Shown one piece after another: positions 1 to 10,024 of a stretch of 64,000 bases of DNA; position 1 is the first letter of the stretch, and each line of letters starts with the position of its first letter. The DNA is from Candidatus Latescibacterota bacterium (GTDB taxonomy: Bacteria > Latescibacterota > UBA2968). The stretch covers positions 1,760,001 to 1,824,000 of the forward strand of contig OZ244960.1 in NCBI GenBank assembly GCA_965222605.1, written 5' to 3'. A program made the position numbers and the translations under genes. The notes below the pieces were generated by a model. That model saw only the letters and a program-made list of their open reading frames with translations. It had not been told where the DNA came from and did no database searches.

Positions 1-1576
1 AGAGCAAGGATAGATAGCGCGGTTTAATAACTCGTATGAGCCATGTTTCGCGTTCTCTTTGCGGTTTTAATAACAAGGCCGCGAGCACGGGAATCAGCGT
101 AAGCGCGAGCAATAAACTTCCACCCATGGCAAACGTGATATTAAACGCCATCGGCTTGAACAGCTTGCCCTCCAGTCCCTCGAGCGCGAACAAAGGCAAA
201 AATACCACCATAATAATTAAGATGGCAAAGGTCACCGGATTCACGACTTCGCGGGCGGCAGCCAACACCGCAGCAGTGCGATTGACCTCTTCGTTCTCTG
301 CCCTGCGTTCTGCCATGACGCGAAATGAATTCTCCACGACGACCACTGCTCCATCAACAATCATGCCAATACCAATAGCGAGGCCGGCAAGTGACATGAG
401 GTTGGCTGAAAGGCCCGCTTCATCCATGAACACAAATGTAATGAGCATCGTGAGCGGAATAGAGACAATCACAACCACCGCTGGTCGCCATTCGCCGAGA
501 AACAAAAACAGAATCACCCCCACCAGAATCGCGCCTTGAAATAATGCATTCGTAGCCGTACCCACTGCCTTTTCAACGAGATCGGTGCGCTCATAAACGG
601 GTCGCAGGACGACGCCATCTGGCAGCGACTGATCGATAATGGCGACCTTTTCCTTCGTCGCTTCAACCACCCGGGCGGCATTCTCACCGATGCGCGAGAG
701 CACCATACCGAGGACAACTTCCTTGCCATCGCGTGTCACGGCACCAAAACGGAGTGCCCCCCCCTGGCGGATTTCGGCGATATCGCGCAAATATACTGGC
801 GCGCCGCCTTCAACCTTGACGACCATATCGCCGATGTCGCGCTCGTTTCTGACCAGGCCAAGGCCGCGCACGAGGTATTGCTCTGAGCCGAGATTGATGT
901 ACTGACCGCCAACCTGGCGGTTGTTGGCCTCGATCACTTCCATGACATCGGTAAAGGTCAGATCGTATTTGAGAAGACTCAGGGGATCCATCACAACCTG
1001 AAATTGTCGCTCCTGGCCCCCCCATGAAATGACATCATCAACGCCAGGGGCAGTTCGCAAGATCAAACGCACGTTCCAGTCGTGCAGCGTCCGCAAGTCC
1101 ATGTCGGTAATCGCAGCGTTGAGCTTTTCGTCGGCACGCTCCAGTGTGTACCAGAAAACCTGACCGAGTCCTGACGAGTTGGGACCCATCTCTGGCGTGC
1201 CATAACCGTCTGGGATACGCTCCCCTACCTCCTGCAACCGCTCCATCACGAGACGTCGCGCGAAATAGATATCCATATCGTCTTCGAAATAGACGGCGAC
1301 GTAGGACAAGCCGAAGAGGCTCACAGAGCGGATCTTCTTCACCTTCGGCAACCCGGCCATGCCGGACTCAATGGGAAAAGTGAGAAGTTGCTCCACATCC
1401 TCAGCAGCAAGCCCAGGCGACTCGGTGTAGATATTGACCTGGGTGGGCGTAACATCTGGAAACGCATCAATCGGCACGGTTACAACCGCGCGCCAACCCA
1501 AAAAAGCCACGATTCCAAAGGCGATCAACACCAGGAATTTATAGCGCAGCGAAGCTTCTACCAGTGCTTCTAACAT
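1..1576 (-). CDS. CusA/CzcA-family heavy-metal efflux RND permease, 5' part (runs off the left edge)
   Basis: ATG at 1576 with SD (AGGAGA). Translates MLEALVEASLRYKFLV...PIDAFPDVTPTQVNIYTESPGLAAEDVEQLLTFPIE, the typical HME-RND N-terminus. Not in the ORF track because there is no stop in the window. Confidence 0.93.
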   Translation of the reverse strand, partial: MLEALVEASLRYKFLVLIAFGIVAFLGWRAVVTVPIDAFPDVTPTQVNIYTESPGLAAEDVEQLLTFPIESGMAGLPKVKKIRSVSLFGLSYVAVYFEDDMDIYFARRLVMERLQEVGERIPDGYGTPEMGPNSSGLGQVFWYTLERADEKLNAAITDMDLRTLHDWNVRLILRTAPGVDDVISWGGQERQFQVVMDPLSLLKYDLTFTDVMEVIEANNRQVGGQYINLGSEQYLVRGLGLVRNERDIGDMVVKVEGGAPVYLRDIAEIRQGGALRFGAVTRDGKEVVLGMVLSRIGENAARVVEATKEKVAIIDQSLPDGVVLRPVYERTDLVEKAVGTATNALFQGAILVGVILFLFLGEWRPAVVVIVSIPLTMLITFVFMDEAGLSANLMSLAGLAIGIGMIVDGAVVVVENSFRVMAERRAENEEVNRTAAVLAAAREVVNPVTFAILIIMVVFLPLFALEGLEGKLFKPMAFNITFAMGGSLLLALTLIPVLAALLLKPQRERETWLIRVIKPRYLSLL

Positions 1577-1585
1577 GCAGTTCTC

Positions 1586-2689
1586 CTAATGTACATGACC
1601 TGCGCCAAGCGAAGACTTGAGCATCAATGACTTGAGGTGGAAAACACCACTCACAGCAATCTCTTCACCTGCAATAAGCCCACCGCGAACGACCGTCCAC
1701 TCGCCCACCGTGGGACCGATCTCAATAGCCTCGGCATGGAACTCGTGTCCGTCCTCGATCTTGAATACAGTCGGTGAGCCTTTGATCATTATCAATGCCG
1801 CACTCGGCACAGCGAGTGCTGGTGCGCGCGTCCCGGTGACAACCTCTACTTCGACAAACTGACCCGAATGCAAGCGATGAGCTGTGTTGGGCACCTCAAT
1901 GCGCAAGCCCTGAGTTCGAACCTTTTCGTCGTGGTAGTGATGGCGTTGAATGACCGTGCCTTGAAACCAGTTGATACCATCGGGGCTGACCCGCACATTG
2001 GTGCCAGTATCTATGTCGGGTGACGTGGTCAGCACCATATGTGCTTCCACCCACATCACCGACTCGTCGCTGATATTGACGAGTATCCGGCCAGGCTCGA
2101 TCAATTCGCCGACAATGAAATCGTCCCGTAGCACCGTGCCCACCTGTGGAGCCAGTAAGTCGAAGGTACCGGTCGCCTTGCTGGCGTCTCCCGATTGCAT
2201 AAGCACCTCTGCCTGAGCCATGGTCATGCCGTAAGCCAGCACTTTGGCGAGGGCCTGTTGTTGTGCAACCTGCGCTTCGGTATAGCGCTGCTCAGACACG
2301 GCCTGCCGACCGAGAGTCTTGACGCGTTGCCAGTCGCGATTCGCGACAATTAATACCCCTTGCGCTTCAGCCATCTCAACACTCGAGAGCGCCACAAGGG
2401 GTTGACCGACTTCGACTTCATCGCCGAGTTTCGCATGACGCGCTACGACTTGTGCTGTGATGCGCGGGGTAACGAACACAGACCGGTAGGCGTTGATCAC
2501 GACCTCGCCCGGAATCCGCAAGGTCTCGTTGAGTGCGCGAGGTGCAACCGTACCGATAGCAATGCCCGCCGCACGTTGTTCTTTTGCGCTCATCTCGATT
2601 GCCGCACCTTCATGACTGGCCTCCTCGGCATATACCGGCTGGATCAGTGCCAACCCCAGACACACCGCCCAAAACTTTAACATTATCAT
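1586..2689 (-). CDS. RND periplasmic adaptor (CzcB-like)
   Basis: Signal peptide, 'VTPRITAQVV...GDEVEVGQPL', 'LLAPQVGTV', His-ending C-terminus. Start moved to ATG 2689 behind GGAGG. Lies between TolC and permease. Confidence 0.9.
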   Translation of the reverse strand: MIMLKFWAVCLGLALIQPVYAEEASHEGAAIEMSAKEQRAAGIAIGTVAPRALNETLRIPGEVVINAYRSVFVTPRITAQVVARHAKLGDEVEVGQPLVALSSVEMAEAQGVLIVANRDWQRVKTLGRQAVSEQRYTEAQVAQQQALAKVLAYGMTMAQAEVLMQSGDASKATGTFDLLAPQVGTVLRDDFIVGELIEPGRILVNISDESVMWVEAHMVLTTSPDIDTGTNVRVSPDGINWFQGTVIQRHHYHDEKVRTQGLRIEVPNTAHRLHSGQFVEVEVVTGTRAPALAVPSAALIMIKGSPTVFKIEDGHEFHAEAIEIGPTVGEWTVVRGGLIAGEEIAVSGVFHLKSLMLKSSLGAGHVH

Positions 2690-2726
2690 CAGGGGGCCTC
2701 CAATACGGTTCTTTGTGTGTTGTAAT

Positions 2727-3986
2727 TCATTCGCTTGCTCGACCAAGCCAGGCATCCACCTGACCCGATGCGCGGAGCCACTCGAACCAGGCCTGCCAGA
2801 CCTGCTCATGCAGATCGAGGGCACTTTCTCGTACGTCTATCGTCTGCCCCAATTGTCCAAAATAGTCGGCCATATCCATATCTCCGGCCTGCCAGAGTCG
2901 GCGCAATTGCTCTCTTTGTCGGTCCAGGCTTTTCCGCCCTGTCTGTTCCCACTCATCCCAGGCAGAGCGCGATAACTCGTAGCACTCTGCCGCACTGGTC
3001 AGAAAGGCCCGCGCCATCTGCACCGCATCATCGGCGAGTTGCTGTGCCCGATCGCGCTCTGCCCTGGCTGCGGTAACCTCATGCTTAAAGCGGTTCAGGA
3101 TCGGAAGCGAAAAGGACAGGCTCAAACCGATCAACTTTTCACCGTCTTCGTAGCCACCGGTGAGACTCAGTGTCGGGTCTGGGCGCCGTTCGCGTCGCTG
3201 CACTTCCACCAGGGCGTCAGCCGTATTGACCTGGTGTCGCGCGGCTACAACCTCGGGTAACGCCTGCACCAGGGATTGTGGATCAGTGCCTTGCTCAAGC
3301 ACCTCTGGTAGTTTTTCAGGAAGAAAAGGCCACTGCGCCTCGGGTGTGCGCGGGCCAAGGCTGTACACCGCTTGTCGCGCTTCGGCCAAATCCGCAGCTG
3401 CCATAGCTTTTTGAATGCGCGCCTCTGTCAAGGCAAGGAGAGCCTGATCGAGTTCCACCAAATCTAACTCACCGACCTCAAACCGACGCTGCGCCAACGT
3501 CGCAAACTCCTCCATCAACTGCTGACGCAACTCGGCCAGGCGATCGCGTTCAACGCCAGTCTGGTATTGCGCGAGACCATTGAGCAAATCTACCGCGACC
3601 GCCCATCGGGCAGTCAGATATTCCATCTCAGCAACGAGACGGTCTAATTCCGCCACCGCGGTACGCGCCTTGCGTTTGCCACCCCAGTCCAGCGTCTGAC
3701 TGATCGCGAGTGTGCGCGTCTTGGCTGCTGCATTCTCAGCGTCGAGTGAAAACTCGGGATTGTAGAGCGGGCGCGACGCGGCATCTCTAAGCGCACTGCT
3801 CGCTTCTAAACCCGCGCGTGCCGCCTGCACGCGGTGATTGGAATCGACAACAGCTTGCACAAAACGCGTTAACGCGACACTGGCCCGGGCATTTCCCAGT
3901 ACCGTTGTCTCGGCGACCAGTGTCGTCCATGACATCAATATCAGGCCACACAATACGAAGGCGTGTCGATAACATAGTTTTGGCAT
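2727..3986 (-). CDS. TolC-family outer membrane factor (CzcC-like)
   Basis: OEP repeats ('ISQTLDWGGKRKAR', 'RRFEVGEL', 'LSFSLPILNR'); SD AGGAGG; first gene of the CBA operon. Confidence 0.88.
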   Translation of the reverse strand: MPKLCYRHAFVLCGLILMSWTTLVAETTVLGNARASVALTRFVQAVVDSNHRVQAARAGLEASSALRDAASRPLYNPEFSLDAENAAAKTRTLAISQTLDWGGKRKARTAVAELDRLVAEMEYLTARWAVAVDLLNGLAQYQTGVERDRLAELRQQLMEEFATLAQRRFEVGELDLVELDQALLALTEARIQKAMAAADLAEARQAVYSLGPRTPEAQWPFLPEKLPEVLEQGTDPQSLVQALPEVVAARHQVNTADALVEVQRRERRPDPTLSLTGGYEDGEKLIGLSLSFSLPILNRFKHEVTAARAERDRAQQLADDAVQMARAFLTSAAECYELSRSAWDEWEQTGRKSLDRQREQLRRLWQAGDMDMADYFGQLGQTIDVRESALDLHEQVWQAWFEWLRASGQVDAWLGRASE

Positions 3987-4091
3987 CAATCATCCTCCTA
4001 ATGGTGACAATCAAAATTCCCTGCGAATCAGCGCAACATATAATTATATACCCAAACCACACCCAAGTGTCTATTAACAATTTGTTAAAAA

Positions 4092-5474
4092 TTAAATCTG
4101 GTGCTTTTTCCAATCGCCCTGGGCGAATTTGCGAACGGTAAGTGCGCCCTGTACAATACTGTAAACAATGAGCGCGGCCCATATACCATAGATATCAAAC
4201 CCAAGTATAAATCCCAGAACATAAGCGACGGGCAGGCGAACGAGCCATTGGGCAATCAGAGTATAATACATCGGAGGCATCGTATCGCCGGCACCTCTGA
4301 GACTACCGCTACTCGTATTGGCCGCACACAAAAATGGTTCGGCAATAACCATCGCGTAAAGGTAAATAACACCGGTGCTGATCACCTCTGGTGCATCGGT
4401 GAATATCGACATAAAAGATCCCGCAAACAGCACGGCGGGCAGCGACAGGGCGATATTGGTCACAACTGAAATAAAGAGAATAGTCCAACCGTGGCGCTCT
4501 GCACCTGCGGGATCTTTCGCCCCCAAATGCTGCCCCACCATGGCCGTTGCAACCGTGCCATAAGACAGCCCGGTTCGCCGCAAAATGTGTTCCACTTGAT
4601 TCCCAATGGTATAAGCTGCAACCGCAGTTGTAGATAATGCGGACATTGCAATGAGTTTAAAATAAACCAGCCCTGAGCCGTTGCGCAAAATGCCTTGCAG
4701 GCCAGAAGGCACGCCAATTTTGAGGATGCGGCGCGCAACACCCCAGTTAAATCGGTAAGATGTATCGGGCAAAAGTGTGAGTGCAAAACGCCCGCTATAA
4801 AGACACCCAAGTCCTATCAACGTTGCCGCACTGCGCCCCAAAAGACCACCCACAGCAGCCCCCACAACGCCCAATTCTGGCAAACCCCAATGACCAAAGA
4901 TGAGGAGATAACACATTACAATTTGAATGCTACTACTGATCAAGCTCAAATAAAAGGGCGTGCGCGTATCCCCAGCACCCTGAAAGCAACTCGCAATAGC
5001 GCGATTCAGCGTCATAAAAGGAACGCCGACAAAGAAAACCTGTAAATACGGCGTACCCAAAGCTGCCACCTCGGGATCAGAGGTCATCATCGGAATCAAA
5101 AAAGGCGACAGAATCAAACTGCCCAGACCAAAAACGATACTAAACAAAAAAAGCAGGGAAAACGCCTGCTTCGTCGCTGCACTGGCTTCGCGCATAGAAT
5201 CTGCGCCAATCGCCTGTGCGACCATCGTGAGTGCGCCTCTCGAAATAGACATCATCGCGGTAAAGAGAACGCGCGTAAACGCCTGGGCAATACCCACCGC
5301 AGAAAGAGCGACAGGACCGAGCATCCCAATCAAAATGAGTTGAATCATGAGTACAACACTCTCGATCTGGCCTCCCAGAGCAACCGGGATGGTCATTCCA
5401 AGGACCTTTCCTGTTAGCGAAAGATCGACTTTGCGCTCGGTGGATTCTATTGTCGTTTCGAGTGGTTTGGACAT
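4092..5474 (-). CDS. MATE-family efflux transporter
   Basis: 'FQGAGDTRTPF', 'LIFGHWGLPELGVVGAA', 'ILKIGVPSG', 'LRGAGDT'. Likely start MSKPL at 5474. Confidence 0.92.
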   Translation of the reverse strand: MSKPLETTIESTERKVDLSLTGKVLGMTIPVALGGQIESVVLMIQLILIGMLGPVALSAVGIAQAFTRVLFTAMMSISRGALTMVAQAIGADSMREASAATKQAFSLLFLFSIVFGLGSLILSPFLIPMMTSDPEVAALGTPYLQVFFVGVPFMTLNRAIASCFQGAGDTRTPFYLSLISSSIQIVMCYLLIFGHWGLPELGVVGAAVGGLLGRSAATLIGLGCLYSGRFALTLLPDTSYRFNWGVARRILKIGVPSGLQGILRNGSGLVYFKLIAMSALSTTAVAAYTIGNQVEHILRRTGLSYGTVATAMVGQHLGAKDPAGAERHGWTILFISVVTNIALSLPAVLFAGSFMSIFTDAPEVISTGVIYLYAMVIAEPFLCAANTSSGSLRGAGDTMPPMYYTLIAQWLVRLPVAYVLGFILGFDIYGIWAALIVYSIVQGALTVRKFAQGDWKKHQI

Positions 5475-5478
5475 GAAA

Positions 5479-5966
5479 TTAAAAGATCTTCGGGAATACC
5501 CTGTCCCAAGCGAGGATGCCGGGAACGGCCTGACTGTTGAGAATAGACGAGATCGCGCTGTGGGAGAGAAATGTGTCTGGCGTAGCGAGTGCAAAGATCA
5601 AAAAAATAACGGAAAAACCCGCTGCGGCGCCAGCTTCTGGAGAGCGCGCAAGGCGGGTGCGCGCACCACGCTCTCTCGGATAGCTTCGGGATCCGGGCAC
5701 GTAATGCCAATGCCATTGACCTTATTTGCAATAGCGTCATCGAGAAAATTGGGCATATCCGCAATTGAAAATGTGGGATTACTCAGCCATTGCACATCGA
5801 CATCATAGCGCTTGGCCGCATCTTCCATACCCTTGATCACGACATTCCAGAATGGATTTCCCGGTCCACCATGCGTGACAAAAGCAAATTTGTAGCGTTC
5901 CTGAGCGATTGCGGGATGCAGGCAAGAGAAGACAAAAAAAAGCGCGAGAACATAGCGAATAATCAT
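5479..5966 (-). pseudogene. Remnant of a sugar ABC transporter: N-terminal substrate-binding protein fragment joined to a permease fragment
   Basis: Signal peptide plus 'FVTHGGPGNPFWNVVIKGMEDAA' stops resembling an SBP after ~100 aa. Another frame then reads 'RSPEAGAAAGFSVIFLIFALATPDTFLS...PGILA', like an RbsC-type permease N-terminus. Confidence 0.75.
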
Positions 5967-6018
5967 TGAGAACTCCTATCTCGAAATGATGGCTTCGCAA
6001 GATACACGCCCAAAAAGA

Positions 6019-6699
6019 TCAAGTCAAGCCAGACAAGCAGGCATGCGTGTATGGTAGGGGATCTATGCCCGTAGCGAGTTTTGTAGCGCGTGCATGGGCG
6101 AGAAGAAAATCGAGTTCCTCTGGCGTATCCACATCAAACCAGGGGGGAACGAGACCGAGCGTACGTCCAGCACGCTGAACCCTGTCAATGGTTTGCGACA
6201 GAACGCTGGGAGTGCTCCATTCCACATCCTCGAAAATTTCCGGCGTAGATCTCGAGACACCGACGAGATAGTATCCGCCATCCGTACTCGGACCTAAAAC
6301 AACATCCTTTGTACGCAACAGATCGAATGCCTGTGTAATATGGTGGGCTGGAAGAGAAGGGATATCCGTCCCAATGAGAACGACCGCTGATGCACCTGCG
6401 TCGAGTTGTTGAACAAGAGCTTCTCGCATGCGCGCACCGAGATCATCCTGCACCTGGGGAACGTACTGCCATTGCGCCTTCACCCCCCCACCAAAAAGTG
6501 CGCGAACCTCGAACTCTGCATCGGGCGGATCAAAAGCGATCACCCGTCTATCGACATCAATACTCTCTGTCCGCGCCAACACATCGCGCACAAACGCGGC
6601 GTACAGGGCTGCAACCTGTTCTGGTGCATAGCGCGTCTGCAAGCGGGTTTTGACTGATCCGGGAATTGGATTTTTGACAAAGACGATGAGGGCTGTCAT
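6019..6699 (-). CDS. TIGR04282/DUF2064-family glycosyltransferase-like protein
   Basis: 'FVKNPIPGSVKTRL', 'DLGARM', 'VLIGTDIP', 'VVLGPSTDGGYYLVG', 'DVDTPEEL'. Confidence 0.9.
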   Translation of the reverse strand: MTALIVFVKNPIPGSVKTRLQTRYAPEQVAALYAAFVRDVLARTESIDVDRRVIAFDPPDAEFEVRALFGGGVKAQWQYVPQVQDDLGARMREALVQQLDAGASAVVLIGTDIPSLPAHHITQAFDLLRTKDVVLGPSTDGGYYLVGVSRSTPEIFEDVEWSTPSVLSQTIDRVQRAGRTLGLVPPWFDVDTPEELDFLLAHARATKLATGIDPLPYTHACLSGLT

Positions 6700-6852
6700 A
6701 TAAGAGTTGATAGACTGTTTACGCAAACATCAAATTTGTGTATCATAAAAAAGCTAATAAATGACATAGTACCGGAAAATGATCTAAAAATCAAAGGGAA
6801 TTATATACAAGGTAATCCTACACGTATTAATCCTTCAAAGAATGGAGAATCT

Positions 6853-8211
6853 ATGTCTCAGAATCGACCGAATATTCTTTACATCATGGACGACCAGCAC
6901 CGATGGGATTATCTGGGATCAATGGGTGCTGATTTTGTCAATACACCCAATCTGGACCGGCTGGCCGAGCGTGGTGTTCAGTTTACACAATGTACAACAA
7001 ATTGCCCGGTATGTGCGCCATCTCGCATCGCGGTCGCATCAGGTCTGCAACCCGTTCGCCTGGGAGCGCTGGGGAACAACAATTTTCTGCCACGCACAGC
7101 CACAACGTATTATCAACGGTTACGCGACCACAATTATTACGTAGGCTGCGTGGGCAAACTGGATCTGGCAAAACCCGATGGGTACAATGGACGCGATGGC
7201 GATAGGCCAGCTACGTATATGTGGGGATTTACGCATCCCGTTGAAGTTGAAGGCAAAAGCCATGCTGGCAAGAGCAAAATTCCCCAGGGACCTTATAATC
7301 ATTTCTTAAAAGAAAAAGGATTACTCGATGCATTTGTCGATGATTATTCAGCGCGAAGTGGCCCCAGAACATGTCATGATTCGGTACTGCCGACCGAAGC
7401 GTTTGCAGATACGTACATCGGACAGCGATCTGTACAGTGGATCGAAGACATTCCAGACGATTTCCCCTGGCATTTGTTTGTGAGTTTTGTGGGGCCACAC
7501 AGTCCATTTGATCCGCCGACTAAATATGCCGATCGCTATCGCAATGCCGAAATGCCAGCTCCGATTCCAGCAACAAGCAAAGCTAAACCCAGAAATGTTG
7601 AAAGTAGCAGAAAAGGTCTGACCGGGGCTGAGATTCTAAAGACGCGACGGCAATATTGTGCGTATATCGAACTGATTGACGCTCAGATCGGCGAAATATT
7701 AGACGCGGTTGAAAAGCGGGGAATGATGGACAATACGTACATTATTTTTGCCAGCGATCACGGTGAAATGCTGGGCGACCACGGGCTTTATGGCAAGAGC
7801 GTGCCCTATGAGGCTTCATTGCGCGTGCCGCTTATTGTGGCTGGACCTGGTATTGAAGGGGGCAGGGTATCGGCTGAACCGGTAGAATTGATCGATACCA
7901 ACGCGACAATCTGTGAATGGGCCGGGTTACCACCACAGGAAAATATCGACGCACAGTCACTGGGACCCGTTTTGAGAGGCGAGACGGATGACCACCGTAC
8001 AGAATCGGTCAGCCAGATTCGTCATTTCAGGTTAATTCGCACAAAAACGCACAAACTGGTCGAAAACCAAAACGATATTAATGAGCTTTACGATCTGGAG
8101 AATGATCCGAATGAACTGAACAATATTGCGAGTGAAAATCCAGATATTGTGAAGGAACTTGGCAGGCGGTTAAACGAGCGGTTTAAAGAAGGCGCATGGT
8201 TGCGCGGTTAA
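6853..8211 (+). CDS. Sulfatase (Cys-type, formylglycine-dependent)
   Basis: 'RPNILYIMDDQHR', CxPxR motif 'CAPSR', 'SDHGEMLGDHG', 'ELYDLENDPNE'. Start ATG 6853 after GGAGA. Confidence 0.93.
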   Translation: MSQNRPNILYIMDDQHRWDYLGSMGADFVNTPNLDRLAERGVQFTQCTTNCPVCAPSRIAVASGLQPVRLGALGNNNFLPRTATTYYQRLRDHNYYVGCVGKLDLAKPDGYNGRDGDRPATYMWGFTHPVEVEGKSHAGKSKIPQGPYNHFLKEKGLLDAFVDDYSARSGPRTCHDSVLPTEAFADTYIGQRSVQWIEDIPDDFPWHLFVSFVGPHSPFDPPTKYADRYRNAEMPAPIPATSKAKPRNVESSRKGLTGAEILKTRRQYCAYIELIDAQIGEILDAVEKRGMMDNTYIIFASDHGEMLGDHGLYGKSVPYEASLRVPLIVAGPGIEGGRVSAEPVELIDTNATICEWAGLPPQENIDAQSLGPVLRGETDDHRTESVSQIRHFRLIRTKTHKLVENQNDINELYDLENDPNELNNIASENPDIVKELGRRLNERFKEGAWLRG

Positions 8212-8290
8212 GGGTTATCATACTTCGTAAAAAGGTATATCATTCTAAAAACGCACAAAAAATCCGGATCAAGATCATAGAGGAGGCATC

Positions 8291-9862
8291 ATGTCTGTCA
8301 TAGATCGTAAGCCTTCAACGCCAGTGTGGTGCATAAACAAGAGCAATCGTATCAAGCGACTCATTGGCATTGGGCGATATGTTTGCCAGCCGATACTTCT
8401 ACACATCTGTTTGCTTTTTGTGTGTGTTGGTATTCTCGCACTGATTCCGAATGTATATGCAGAGGATATTCCATCTATTCCAGCATTTCCGGGTGCCGAA
8501 GGTTATGGCGCAATGACGCGCGGAGGTAGGGGTGGAAAAGTCATCATTGTAACGAATCTGAACGACTCCGGACCAGGCAGCTTGCGCGATGCCTGCGAAA
8601 CTGAAGGACCACGCATCGTTGTGTTCGAGGTTTCTGGAACGATTACCCTTGAAAAGCGCTTGAGAATCTCCAATCCTTATATCACCATCGCTGGACAAAC
8701 TGCCCCAGGTGATGGGATTTGCATCAGGAGATATCCGCTCTCAATTAATACCAGCGAAGTTATTATCAGGTATATAAGAGTAAGATTGGGAGATGAAACC
8801 GGAGATGATTCAGATGCCATATCCAGCAGGTATCACAAGAACATTATCCTTGATCATGTGTCAGCGAGTTGGAGCATTGATGAAACGGTGTCTATTTACC
8901 ATTGCGAAAATGTAACCGTTCAATGGTGTCTGATATCGGAAAGTTTGTACTATGCTGGTCACGCTAAAGGTGCGCATGGATTTGGAGGAATATGGGGATC
9001 AAACCGTAGCACGTACCATCACAACCTGCTGGCGCACCACACCAGCCGGAATCCGCGTTTTGCTTCTGGTTGCGGATATAACGATTTCAGAAACAACGTA
9101 GTGTACAACTGGGGTTATAACAGTGCCTATGGTGGTGAGAAACAACAGGAAGACGATGAGAAGTTTAACTTTTCCATTGTCAACATGGTAGCCAATTACT
9201 ACAAGCCGGGACCTGCAACCCGTTCGGGTGAGGTGACGTACCGCATTGTTAATCCTTCATCAAATGATTCAGCAGATGGTTTCGGCAAATGGTATGTTGC
9301 CGATAATGTGGTTCATGGCAATTCCGCAGTTACTGCGAATAACTGGGATGGTGGCGTGCAGCCTGAGGACGGTAGTTCACATATTCCAAAATTAAAACTT
9401 GAGCAACCTTTTGACTCTATACCTATCAACCAGCAAACGGCTGAAGATGCCTATCATGCTGTTCTTGAGAGTGCAGGTGCCTCACTGCCCAAACGCGATG
9501 CAGTGGATGCACGCATTGTTGACGAAACCCGTAATGGCTATGCCACTTATGAAGGCGGAACATACGAGAAGAATAACCGCGTGCCTGATGAATTAAAAAA
9601 ATGCGGTATTATTGATTCACAGGCAGATGTTGGTGGGTGGCCCGAACTCAAAAGTCTGCCTACCCCGCTTGACAGTGATGCGGACGGTGTGCCAGACGAA
9701 TGGGAAAAGAGATACGGGTTTGATCCGCATGACGCTGCCAACACCTCAAAGGACAAGGACAACGACGGATACACCAACATTGAGGAATACCTCAATGGAA
9801 CAAATCCGACCGAGTTTATCGACTATACCAGGCTCGAGAATAACGTGAACACGCTGAAGTAA
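8291..9862 (+). CDS. Pectate lyase (PL1-like), secreted
   Basis: 'AFPGAEGYG..TRGGRGGKVIIVTNLNDSGPGSLR', 'ITIAGQTAPGDG', 'DHVSASWSIDE', 'RNPR', C-terminal 'DSDADGVPDEWE'. Confidence 0.9.
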   Translation: MSVIDRKPSTPVWCINKSNRIKRLIGIGRYVCQPILLHICLLFVCVGILALIPNVYAEDIPSIPAFPGAEGYGAMTRGGRGGKVIIVTNLNDSGPGSLRDACETEGPRIVVFEVSGTITLEKRLRISNPYITIAGQTAPGDGICIRRYPLSINTSEVIIRYIRVRLGDETGDDSDAISSRYHKNIILDHVSASWSIDETVSIYHCENVTVQWCLISESLYYAGHAKGAHGFGGIWGSNRSTYHHNLLAHHTSRNPRFASGCGYNDFRNNVVYNWGYNSAYGGEKQQEDDEKFNFSIVNMVANYYKPGPATRSGEVTYRIVNPSSNDSADGFGKWYVADNVVHGNSAVTANNWDGGVQPEDGSSHIPKLKLEQPFDSIPINQQTAEDAYHAVLESAGASLPKRDAVDARIVDETRNGYATYEGGTYEKNNRVPDELKKCGIIDSQADVGGWPELKSLPTPLDSDADGVPDEWEKRYGFDPHDAANTSKDKDNDGYTNIEEYLNGTNPTEFIDYTRLENNVNTLK

Positions 9863-9901
9863 ATCAAGCGAGACAAAACTTCATGCTGGAATCGGTTTAC
9901 C

Positions 9902-10024
9902 TCAACTCAATTTCTCCCGCAACAACTGACTGGCTTTTTGGGGATTGGCCTGGCCTTTTGGCTTAGGAATGGGACGACCTAAATTTTTCGCCGTTTCAAT
10001 CCATTCTTCGATAATGAAATCAAC
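9902..10024 (-). pseudogene. HicB-family antitoxin C-terminal remnant fused in frame to the duplicated gatB tail
   Basis: Reads [39 protein letters not shown]. No start codon; in-frame TAA just upstream. Confidence 0.7.
9908..9960. repeat. Copy 1 of a 53-bp direct repeat (duplicated gatB 3' end); left island boundary
   Basis: caatttctcccgcaacaaCtgactggctttttggggattggcctgGccttttg matches 20098-20150 with 2 mismatches. Confidence 0.95.

Noticed and set aside
6019-6699. Arsenosugar biosynthesis cluster
   Set aside because: Only the TIGR04282-type gene is present; no radical SAM or partner glycosyltransferase nearby.
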